Shown: piece after piece, positions 37,675 to 49,860 of the stretch
How positions within the stretch are numbered: the stretch's first letter is position 1
How the letters are laid out: every line of letters starts with the position of its first letter
Assembly (NCBI RefSeq): GCF_001194135.2
Contig: NC_068983.1
Coordinates: 71,984,140 to 72,048,139 of the forward strand
Source: Octopus bimaculoides
Lineage: Eukaryota
Direction of reading: 5' to 3'
Length of the DNA stretch: 64,000 bases
Notes under the pieces: model-generated
What the model saw: the letters and a program-made list of their open reading frames with translations, nothing else
Database searches by the model: none
Told to the model about the DNA's origin: nothing
Translations under genes and position numbers: made by a program

Positions 37675-39540
37675 ATCATCATCGTTTAATGTCCGCTTTC
37701 CATGCGGGCATGGGTTGGACGGTTTGACTAAGGACTGGCAAGCCAGAGGCTGCACCAAGCTCAATCCGATCTGGCAAAGTTTCTACAGCTGGATGCTCTT
37801 CCTAACATCAACCACTCCAAGAGTGTAGTGGGTGCTTTTTACATGCCACCGGCATGAGGCCAGTCAGGCAGTTCTGGCAACAACCACGCTCAAAAGTTGT
37901 TTTTATGTGCTACCTGGACGGGAGCCAGTCCGGTGGCACTGGCAATAACCATGCTCGAATATTGTTTTTCACGTGCCACCGGCACATGTGCCAGTAAGGC
38001 GACACTGGCAACGATCATGCTCAAATGGTGCTTTTCATGTGTCACGAGCATGGGAGCCAATCCATGGTCCTGGCAACGATCATGCTTGGATATGCTTTTA
38101 ACGTTCCACTGGCACGAGTGCCAATCAGGCGGTACTGTCATCTGCCACGTCAGCAATTTTGATTTTGATTTCACTTGCCTCAACAGGTCTTCACAAGCAA
38201 GGTTTATTGTCCAGTAAATGAGGGGTATTCATAAATGGGCTGGTTACACCCACCGGCATAGGCCATGGGCTATGGTCTCACTTGGCTTGTCAGGTCTTCT
38301 GAAGCACAGCATATCTCCAAAGGTCCCAGTCACTAGTCATTGCCTCAGTAAGGCCCAATGTTCAAAGGTTGTGCTTCACCACCTCATCCCAGATTTCTTG
38401 GGTGTACCTCTTCCACAGGTTCCCTCAACTGCTAGGGTGTAACACTTTTTCACACAGCTGTCCTCATTCATGTGCAACACATAACCATACCAGCGCAGTC
38501 GTCTCTCTTGCACACTACATCTGATGCTTCTTAAATGCAACTTTTCTCTCTGGGTGCTTACACTCTGTCGTGTATGTACACTGACATTACACATCCAGCG
38601 AAACATACTGGCTTCATTCCTTGTATGCTTACGCATGTCCTCAGCAGTCATGACCCATGTTTCACTACCATATAGCATTGCTGTTCACACACATGCGTCA
38701 TACAGTCTACCTTTTACTCTGAGCGAGAGGCCCTTTGTCATCAGCAGAGGTAGGGGCTCTCTGAACTTTGCCCATTCTTATTCTAGCAGCTACACTTTCA
38801 GAGCATCCACCCCAGCTACTGACTTGATCACCTAGGTAACAGAAGCCATCAACTACTTCTAGTTTTTCTCCCTGAAATGTGACAAAAACTGTTCTCTGCA
38901 CATTTTCTGTGCTTATAGCACCTGAGCATCTGCTACATACAAAACCTATCTTCCCAGTTAGCCTTCCTTTGATATTGCTGCACCTCTTATGAGTCCATAT
39001 CTTACACTGGGTACATCTTATGGAGTTTCTACCTATGCCTTTTCTACAGATCAAGCAGGGCCATCTACCTGAAGGGATTTGTGGTTTGTCTGCATTCCTA
39101 CTTATTAAGACTTTGGTTTTAGCTAGGTTGACTCTAAGGCCCTTCGGTTCTAATCCTTGCTTCCACATCTGAAATTTCTCCTCCAGTTCTGATAGTGACT
39201 CAGCTATAAGAGCAATGTCATCAGCATAGAGGAACTCCCAGGGGCATCCTGTCTTGAATTCCTGTGTTATTGCCTGGAGGACTATGATAAATAAGAGGGG
39301 GCTGAAGACTGATCCTTTGTGGACCCCTATCCCTACTCAGAATTCTTCACTGTACTCGTTGCCAACCCTCACCTTACTGACAGCATCCCTGTACATGACA
39401 AGACTTGAGCAGCTCTCACTAACCATTCATCTATCCCTAGTTTCCTCATTGACCACTAGATAAGGGATCAGGGGACCCTGTCAAAGGCTTTCTCCATGTC
39501 AACAAAAGCCAGGTACAGAGGTTTATCTTTGGCTAGGTAT
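37675..39540 (-). mobile_element. 5'-truncated RTE LINE: RT C-terminus, 3' UTR and (ATG)n tail
   Basis: Minus-strand ORFs give RVNLAKTKVL, FCYLGDQV and MLYGSETW...RLRWYGYV, with GVHKGSVFSPLLF in a broken frame. The 3' UTR runs 38210-37675 and ends ggacattaaacgatgatgat. Confidence 0.9.
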
Positions 39541-39879
39541 GAAAATAATGAATGAAATAAAAAAGGGAAATGTGGTGTTTGAAAAAGATAATAAAATGGC
39601 AAAAAACTAAGAAAGTTAGAGTTGGGGAAAAAGTAATAAAAGGAATGTTGCTGTTGAGGACCTAATTGAAGTATCAGTTCTAAGAGACCAAAATGTATTT
39701 CTTAAAGAAATGCCTAAATTATCCAACCATGAAAGATCTAAAAATAGAGATAACCAAAGTGTGATGAGTCAAAGTAGAAGTGTTCCCTGTAAAAGAGGTA
39801 CCTTGGGTATGATGAAAGATTTACATAGCTCAAACCCAAGACCTATGTGTCCTCAATGGGGCAATGAAAACATGCAATA

Positions 39880-40870
39880 AAAATATTAGAGGAACTAGGA
39901 AGCTGTACACAAGGCACAATGCAGACCATCTACTTAACAAGGCTGGATGGAGGCAGAAGATTGCAAAATATAGAAGACAGTGTTAGTACTGTGATACTGG
40001 GGTTGAAAAATTATGTTGTGTGTAGTGAAGAAAGAATAATATCAGTGGTTAGAACTGTCCAAAACGTTACTGAAACACTACAAAAATTCAAGAATGGAAG
40101 GATGAACAGAGCACACAGATGGAAAGAAATTGAAATACATGGCCAATTCATACAACAAACTGGGGATGCTGGAAGTAAACAATACTAGCCATGGCTGATG
40201 GATGAAAACTTGAAACAAGAAAGCGAAATACTAATTATAGTAACTCAGGAACAAGTCGTTATGATGAATCTCATAAACACAAAGATCAACAAAATTCAGA
40301 GAGCAAATGTAGAATCTGCAGGAAAAGAGATTAAAATACTAATCATCTCTTGAGTGAGTGCAATAAGCTAGCACAAAAGAATATAAGCACAAACATGACA
40401 GCACTGAGATATCAGCAAAGTGTGTGGCTTCAAAATAATAGAAAAGTGATGTGAACATAAACCAGAGGCTATGACAGAAAATAAGAATTACAGGATTTTT
40501 ATGGGACTTCTCCATAAAAATTGAACTTACTATTAAAGACTAGATATGATTATAGAGAACAAAAGAAATAAGCAGTGTAAGATCAGAGACTTTGCAATAC
40601 AATATGATGAGAGTGGATACCAAAGAAACTGAAAAAAATTGAGACCTAGCCAGTGAGATAAAGATATTGTGGAAAACTAAACCAACAGTTATTCCTGCTG
40701 TAATTGGTGCTTTTGCCACAACATCCAAACTAATATCTAAGAGTCTGAAAGATATTAGAATTGAAACTTGCATTCTTGACCTGCAGAGAAGTACAATGCT
40801 ATACCCTGCAAGAATCTTAAGAAAGATTCTTATATTTGAAGCAACTTGTTATCACCAAGTCTAAAGACAA
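39880..40870 (+). mobile_element. R4/Dong-like LINE C-terminal region (zinc knuckle and restriction-like endonuclease remnant)
   Basis: IYLTRLDGGRRLQNIED, HGQFIQQ, RDFAIQYD, VIPAVIGAF and YPARILRKIL. These resemble the RLE domain end of R4/Dong elements. Confidence 0.72.
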
Positions 40871-41570
40871 TGTCCCTACTAATCAAATTAGCTTGTGACA
40901 GCTTTGGAATAATAATCCATTCTGATTTAGGCACAAGGCCTGAAGCTTTAGGGGAGGGGGCTAGTTGATTATATTGACCCCAGTTCCTGATTGGTATTTA
41001 TTTTACCAATCCAAAGACAACTTTGGTAGAATTTGAACTTAGAAAGAAAAGATAGACATAATGCCACTAAGCATTCAGTCCAGTTTGCTAATGATTCTGC
41101 CAGCTCACTGACTGACTGGATGATGATGATGATGATGATGATGACTAACTTTGACACAGGGTCACACATTTTTAGTGGAAGGAATGTTGTTGATTATATT
41201 AATCTCAGTACTTGCGTGCTATCTTACAAACTCCTGAATGATGAAAGGCAAAGTCAACCTCAGCAGTATTTGAACTTACAATATAAGGAAATGTAGCTAA
41301 CATGACAAAGCATTTTCTCTAGTACATTACTAATTCTGTCACACTGAAAGAAGAACATAACCATAGTGCTGTAATCCTGTTGGCTTCTCATTCAGTTGAA
41401 GCATGTGAGGCTTTAGTAGTCTGACAGAATGACCTCATCTGTGACATAATTCTATGCAAAGAATACAAAGAAACTCAAATAGAGATTCCATCTAAATTTC
41501 ATCCAATTTGGTGTTTGCAGTCATGGAAACAAGTTCAATTCTTTTCATTGTATTATTTAAAAAGTTATAA

Positions 41571-41608
<38 letters not shown>

Positions 41609-41723
41609 NNNNNNNNNNNNNNNNNNNNNNNNNNNNNNNNNNNNNNNNNNNNNNNNNNNNNNNNNNNNNNNNNNNNNNNNNNNNNNNNNNNNNNNNNNNN
41701 NNNNNNNNNNNNNNNNNNNNNNN

Positions 41724-41999
41724 AGCAACAAGAATTCAATAGGTTATAGCAGTAAGTACGTTTCCTACAAACTTCATTTATTTATGTAGTGAGAACACCA
41801 CATAAGATGTGCAATGAAAATGTACTCCTCAGCTGCATAATGGAAGTTCAATTTTAGTAAGTCTAAAATTGAACTTCCATTATGCAGCTGAGGAGTACAT
41901 TTTCATTGCACATCTTATGTGGTGGTGTTCTCACTACATAAATAAATGAAGCTTATAGGAAACGTACATACTGCTATAACCTATTGAATTTTTGTTGCT
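41724..41999. repeat. ~275-bp near-perfect palindrome (~135-bp arms, 5-nt spacer)
   Basis: 41724-41857 is the reverse complement of 41863-41999, with few substitutions and one 3-nt indel. Confidence 0.95.
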
Positions 42000-42005
42000 T
42001 TTCTT

Positions 42006-42042
<37 letters not shown>

Positions 42043-42251
42043 GTATACATATATATAGTTAATAAAAGAAAATGGAGAAAAATCAACAACGTGAGGACAT
42101 GGTAGACGCAAAGCATTAATAAAACACTTAGGAAAGGAAAGAAAAGGTGTTTTACATTTTGAGCAAAGCTCTCCTTCAGAAACAGGAGACAGAGGAAAGT
42201 CCAAGAGAAAAAGAAGACAGAGGAAAAAGTCACCAACAATCCACATGTAGT

Positions 42252-42290
<39 letters not shown>

Positions 42291-42432
42291 GCACACACAC
42301 ACGTGCACACACACATGCACACATACATACACACACATATATATTCTCACACATACATATATATACTTTATTTTAAAATCTCTACAAATTCCTTCTATAA
42401 TTTGAATTGCTGTATGCTTATTAGATGAGAGT

Positions 42433-42473
<41 letters not shown>

Positions 42474-42483
42474 NNNNNNNNNN

Positions 42484-42521
<38 letters not shown>

Positions 42522-45419
42522 AAGACAGAAGGAGTGGGAGGGTGTATGTCTGCACAAGTAAATATTTTCCTATTTTTTCTTTTCGCCTTCCAAAATCTTT
42601 GACATTCATAAATACAGACTGACTTTTAGCTTTAAGATCAATTTCTTGATTTAAAACTAGGTCTATATCTGAATTTAGTTAATATCTGTGTCAATATGAT
42701 AATCAGGTTTTTCATAAGAGTTTTGGGAATCATCAATGGTAAAATGGAATTAAAAATTTTTTTTTTATTTAAAATATGCTAGATAACATCCATGCTGTGA
42801 GAACTTTGGAATATCAAACAGAATATTAATGAGTTGTTTTGCTATTTTACTGAAGGAAAAGTGAAATGGTATTCACCTATTTACATCTTTCTTTAGTGGT
42901 AAGGATGAGATAGAAACAGAAATTTTATATAGATTATAAGTATCTCATAATTTATTCACATATTTATAAATTTAACCAGGTACAAGCAAGACATTTTTAC
43001 TTACATTTATTTTAAATGGTTTTTTTTACGTAAAAAATAGAAAAAATAGCTTGAAGAGATTTATTCTGTGATTCCTCATTTCACAAAAGATTAAGAAAGT
43101 CAAATATGAAAGAAAATTATTGCAAGTTAATTTATACATAAAACAGGTGTAAGAAAAATGAGAAAAAATGTTGACATATATTTATATCAAACTGTTTCTT
43201 TTAGATCTTTCATTTCTACATTTTGAGTTTGTTGATTTCACAGATTCAAACTTCAAAACATTTTACAACTCCAATAGCAAATCACTATTAATAACAACAG
43301 CAACAACAACAACAACAACAAAATACAACTTAATTTAGAGGCTATAACTAACAGTATCAATATTTTAGATAAGACAGAAGATAAATGATTTCAAGATAAT
43401 ACTCTAAAAGATGGCATTAGACACTTTCAAGAGAACAATTTCTGAAGTATGTGGTGGAAGAAATACATTGAGGAAGATTTTCTACAACCAAAGGTTCTTC
43501 GTGTTGTCAATACTTACTTTTAATCTCAAGTAAGTCATTTTCATTTCTCTGATCCTCGCTAATCAAAAGTGACAAAGCTGTTGAGTTACAGAGCTTTTGT
43601 TTACTCAAATGGTGTTAATGAAGATGTGAAAAATTAATATTCACACACACACACACACAAGCAGCATAGTGACTGAAAGTTTTTAGACTAGATAAAAAAA
43701 AATAATGTATTCAGTTAATTGCATCTATGTTGCGCTCAAACATCTTATCGCCTTTTGGTTACTCTCAAATAACGTGCACATGGGAGAAAAAAAGCATCAA
43801 TTTCTTACTTTTTACGAAAAAAAGAAAAAAAAAACAAACTGAATTGTGCCCCAAAGGAACTTTGAAGAAGAAGATGTTTTGATATTTTTCTTTTAGGTTT
43901 GATTTCTTGAAGAATTAACCTCAAAATGTCAGCTTCCTCTTTATTTTCTATAGATTCAAATTCACTGCTATTTTGACATTTAAACAATAAAAATTGAGAA
44001 CGAGGAGATGAGGAACCCCTCTTATTAAGTTATTCTAGCTAGCTAAGCATGTCACTAATTCTTTTATGATCCATTCTGAAGTATTAAGCATCCATGCAAA
44101 CATTATCAAAATGTCTTGAAATATTTTTTAATCCTTTGTATGACAAATTACTCTTGACAACATTTGTGGTTACTTTCAAACTACTTTAAGCCGCTATAAC
44201 ATAAAAATCAAATAAAAGAACATCTATATGCCTACATAACATTTTCAATTCACTACCACAGAATATATTTGTTATATAACATTTTTACATTCATTACAAC
44301 TCAACTTACCTGCTATTTAGCAAAATGTCTTACAACTGTTTCTTTTAAATTGAAATTTTACAAACTTTTTTGTTTTATGTTCACTTGTTAATTTTCATTT
44401 ATCTTAACATTCACTTAGTAGTAAAACACTTTTTTTATTTATAGAAATACATTCATCTCAAAACAATTTAGAATTATATTATCAATAAGAAATTGCTTTC
44501 TTAAGAGTTTGTATGGATTTAGATATGAATAAAATTAACTTGTATATAACTTGTGTATGCTTTGAAATTTTTAAAGAATATATGAATATATATTTCTAAG
44601 TTGCACTTCTTTGGCAAGTGATTGGATGTGAATTTAGCTGTGAAACTAAAACTGCCAGATCAGAGTAGAAGGATATTCTCATTTAGAATACTTAACTCAC
44701 TCTCTTTTTCTTTCTATGTCTCTTTCTCCTATAAACATGCACAGCCATGTGTGTATAGGTTGATTGGCAAAAGTAGGGAAAAGAAAATTGAATTGGCAAG
44801 TGACAAAGACTTCTGATGCATTCAAAAAGTTATCCAAGATTTAGCAAAGCAAGAAATCTCTAATTTGTGACATATGGTTTTCTCAATTCTAGAATATTAT
44901 CTGCCCACTCTTTTATACTTCTATGAAACACACTATTTGCAAACCAAGAAAGGATGCTTGACACATTTGACTACGAATATCCTTGCAAAACCCTGGACAT
45001 TAAACAACAATGATCTTTTACATTAAGGAAGTGGTGACACAGAGGACTTGATTATGCTGCAAGACTCCTCTAACTAGATCTCGCAGCAAAAGCTGAAGTA
45101 ACAGACTGAACTAAAAAGCTTGCATAGAGATGAAATGACAACATAAGAGCAAAACAGGATAAGGAACTTTAAATACCATGTGATTAACTTAATGGGTGGA
45201 GATTCTGGCACAGAGACATCATGATGACAATAAAAATATTTATCCCACCACAGTTTGCTGAACCAACTTACGAGTATTTTAAGAAGCAATCCTATGATAA
45301 ATGATATTCCAGTTGTGACCATCTGTCAAACTTGGTGCATAAGAAAATCGGACATTTCATCCTTAATGACCTGATATATATACAGTGTGTGTGTGTATGG
45401 TATTGTATATATCTATCTC

Positions 45420-45468
<49 letters not shown>

Positions 45469-45490
45469 NNNNNNNNNNAAGTATATAGAA

Positions 45491-47563
45491 CTAGCAGGCA
45501 TACCCGGCATTACCTGGATGCATTAGTTTGAAAAGGCTGCCAAACTAATAAAGTGATTAACACCCCCTCCCTTAAGCACCTTTCATGCTTTATGGTAAGA
45601 GTAACACCTAAGTAACTCTTTAAGGGAACCACACTTGTAATATTACGACAACAATCAAGTGAAAAAACAAAGCAACAAAAATTATTACAGCAATAATGTA
45701 GGACTGAAATATGGCACCAGTACGGCAAGTCTACAAAATTTCCTTATAAACAGCATTTTTAGTTTTCCCCTGGGGGATGAAGACATGTAAACTGTTTCTA
45801 CAACCCACTCTTGAGCAGCCAATGTACAGGTAACCATGTGAAAAGCATTGTTCGGCTAAGTAAAGTCCAACAACAGACAGCGACTGCCCCTGGGACTTAT
45901 TAATGGACATGGCGTAATTGAGTCTAATTTGAAACTGCACTCTGCAGAATGTGAACGGTAAGTCAGCAGCCAAAGGCACAAGGGGAATTTGCAGTATAAA
46001 AACATCTTGACCATTACCACAGACAGTCATAATCGTTGCTTCAATGACATTGGGAAGTAATTTTGTGATAACAAGGCGTGTACCATTGCACAATGTCAGT
46101 GGATTTAAATTCCTTATCGGCATAACAGGGCTACCTACTTTAAGAGTAAGAATATGTGGAGGGACACCTGAAGGCTCCAAGGAATTCAAAAATTCAGTGG
46201 GATAATCAACTACCTCATCCTAATTGGGAATTTGGGAATGGTGTCACGTCCCCAGGCAAATGCAGTAAGAGGCTGTTGTTGATTGCACTGACACAACATT
46301 TTTAGGAACCAATATGGCTCTTTGGCAAAACCAATCTAGATATCCGTTGTGGATTCCTAGGCCTGGGAAGACCTGGTCCTGAAGACTCTGGATAGTACTG
46401 GCTATTGTGCAAATGTTACTTATGTCAACATCTTCATCTCCGTCTTCTGGAACTTCATCATTGCCAAGAAAGAGAATGTCTCTCGCAAAATCTTCTGACA
46501 ATGGATCTGCATGGAGGCACGCTCTCATGTTAGATTCTAACTTTAAAGTAACAACATGACCCCATAGAGGTGAAGACTTAAGGCACGCCATTACTTCATC
46601 TGCCCTTGTGCGTTTCGGAATCATTGGCAAGGTTTGTTTAAAGTCCCCAGATAGCAAGACAATGACACCTCCCATTGGTTCATGGCTTTCCTTTATGTCT
46701 TGCAAAGTTCTATCTAATGCCTCAAGGGTACCCTTGTGAGCCATTGTGCGTTCATCCCAAACAATCAAGCGGCATTGTGGGAGAAATTGCCCGTTGTCCA
46801 ACGTCTTTGAAATGTTACAAATAGGCATTGATGAACTTGCGGGGTTAAGGGGAAGCTTAAATGTAAAGTGTGCAGTCCTACCACTAGGGAGCAGAGTAGC
46901 AGCTATGCCCAAAGTTGCCACAGCAATTGTGATGCACTTTTGTAGCCTTACTTTTGCAAGAATGAGTCTAGTTACGAACGTTTTGCCTGTCCCACCAGGA
47001 GCATTAATGAAGAAAATGCTACCTTTACGAGATTGGACTTGCTGAACGATAGTGTCGTAGGCATGCTTCTGGTCAGGTAGAAGGAGTGCCTCATTGATCT
47101 GTACATATGTGGATAATTCAGTAATGTCGCAAGATGTTTTCCAAACAAACTCAGATGGAAGATCATTTGAAGTAGGCTTTGCAGGGGGTCGGAGCCCGTA
47201 AGTGGTCATTACATCACCACCTAAAGCTAAAGTCTTGTTTTCAATCTCAATCAGTGCTAGGTTGTATATTGTATCGGTGAAACCATACTCAACTTCATTT
47301 TTACCAAATAATTTACAAAGGAGGGAATGGGTTATTTCCCTTGGAAGCTTAAAAATAATTATGCCTGCCATTTACCTGTGCCCAAATGTTCTTCCTCCAC
47401 CGTTTACCTAAACATTTTTCGAAATCAATTTATACTTAAAACCTCCCCAGACATATAAGCAACGTGCATGTGAAGTTAAAGAAAAATTAGTTGAGCCGTT
47501 TTGGTGCAAAATGAGGACATACCGATACGCACACATTCACATTTTCAGTTTTAATATGTAAGA
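45491..47563 (-). mobile_element. Helitron internal-deletion derivative retaining the PIF1-like helicase
   Basis: 5' end A|TCTTACATATTAAAACTG at 47563. 3' hairpin CCAGGTAATGCCGGG then CTAG|T at 45491. ORFs 46244-47371 and 45731-46189 carry APGGTGKTF, VWDE, GDFKQTLP, YAMSINKSQGQSL and CFSHGYLY...SRV. Confidence 0.9.
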
Positions 47564-48515
47564 TATTTCCACAAGTTCATTGTTGTTATTGTTTAGAAGT
47601 AAACAAAAAACAAAAAAATGTATTTTGAATAAATTTATGTTCCATGGAAGAGAATATAATTTTCTATGCCTGGAGCTTTCATGCTATTGATAACATTACA
47701 TGTAACACATTTTGATGAAGGCAATATCTCAAAATTTATGTAAGACAAGATTGTATTCATTTTTCACAGACTGCAGTCAATGAAGAGCGTCAAACTATGT
47801 GATTTACAATATTTACATCTGTGAGGGCAATGGATAGCAAAAGCATTTGATTATTAAATTAAATCTTTCATAGTATTTAGTTGTGTTACTACACTGAAAT
47901 TAATCTTTGCCAAAAGGCTGAGAAAGAAGAAAGCGTTTGGAAGTGCTGCATTATGTTCTGAGTTCAAATTGATTGATATAAGATGATTAGAAATAATAGG
48001 GGGTCAAGGTATACTTATTATAATTAAGAAAGTTATATATATAATGGAAGGATGAATAGTTGTTTTATTTAATATTAATATAATTATTATTATTTGTATT
48101 ATCTTTATTATTTACTTAAATAGCTTAAATTATAGAGCATAACATTGAAGGTGTTAAGGTGATAATAATTATTTTTAAGTGAGTATATATAAAAGATATA
48201 TTTTATCAATACTGGTTCATTTGTGTATATCTCTCTCTGCCTTACAAGTTCCAAACAACACTCAACAACTACAAACCCTCAAACAAAAAAGGGAATCTCA
48301 ATGTAGTCAATCTGCAAGAAATAGCATTCAAATCATCCTTAAAGCACACTCTGCCATCTCTGAATAATGCCCTCCACTTCTTGGATGGGAAAGGGCACTC
48401 ATGGCAGACTGAGTACATGCTCCAAATCAGATTTGAGCCTGGTGTAGGCACCTGGTTCACCAGTCCCCAGTCAAATCGTCCAACCCATGCTAGCATCGAA
48501 AGAGGACATTAAACG

Positions 48516-48525
48516 ATGATGATGA

Positions 48526-48608
<83 letters not shown>

Positions 48609-48617
48609 TATATATAT

Positions 48618-48679
<62 letters not shown>

Positions 48680-49771
48680 GTATGTATATATATATATACA
48701 TATTATATAGCAAAATAATACATAATTTTGTATAATGTGTGTGTATGTGTGTGTGTCAGAGATGCACAGTATATACATATAAAGCAATTATGGTAGAATC
48801 AGTGACTTACACCATTTTACTAAAGATTCTCTAAATGTATCATACAAGATTGCCACATTTCATGTGACAGAACGAAAATACTTTGACTCAATAATACAGA
48901 CTAGCAAATATTTGTTTACTTGTATTTTCAAAACACTAATTCTATTTAGCCTCTTTCATGTTGCATACACAATTTGGTCACACCACATTTATGTGCATCT
49001 GCAAACACATGCAACCACTTACACACAAATGCACACATATCCTCTGTGTGTGTGTGTGTGTGTGTGTCTTTGCATGTCCTTACATGTGTGTGTGTGTACA
49101 TATTTATATTTATATTATATATGTGTGTGTGTATTCAAACATATATGTATATGATAATGTTGATGATGATGATAATGATAATAATGTACACATATATATG
49201 ACTCTATATATGCTTACATATACATATATGAGCAAATATGTCAGTATATGTATATACATATGTATACACATACATATATACACACACACACACATAAATA
49301 TAAACATACAGATATACATATATTTACACACATACATACATACAGATACACATATATTTACATACACATATATTTACATACATACATACATACATACATA
49401 TATACAGCCACTATAGTTGTTGCATGTATGAATGCAGACAAATAATGTACATCATCTCTGCATATCTGGGTAGGTAGGTAGTTAGGTAGATATGTTATTT
49501 GACAGATAGGTAAGTAGGTAGGTAGGTAGGTAGGTGGACGAACAGAACAGATGAACAGATATATCTCAATGCTTTATTTGAAGCAATCATAGTTAATATG
49601 GGAAATACGAAGAATGCACAAGAAAGAAATAACATTAGAAGATCGTATATTTTCCATGTAAATGCTGCAACACTGAAATAGAGTCATGTTTTAGATATAG
49701 TTCAATCTTCCACAGCATGCCCTGCAGCATGTTAAAGAGCCGTGCATAATACTGCAATTACACACACATAC

Positions 49772-49817
<46 letters not shown>

Positions 49818-49860
49818 CACACACTATAAATATATATATATATATATATATATNNNNNNN
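48516..49860. repeat. Compound microsatellite field: (AT)n, (AC)n, (CATA)n, (TAGG)n. Shorter arrays occur throughout the window.
   Basis: Directly visible. Confidence 0.95.

Noticed and set aside
41492-41560. NNTMKRIE resembling TULP4 HCTMKR
   Set aside because: Four-residue match followed quickly by a stop, with no splice sites; chance.
43510-43600. Minus-strand GTAAGT donor with a short open frame
   Set aside because: The longest frame ends in phase 1, which is incompatible with the phase-0 exon at 36100, and it shows no similarity to TULP4.
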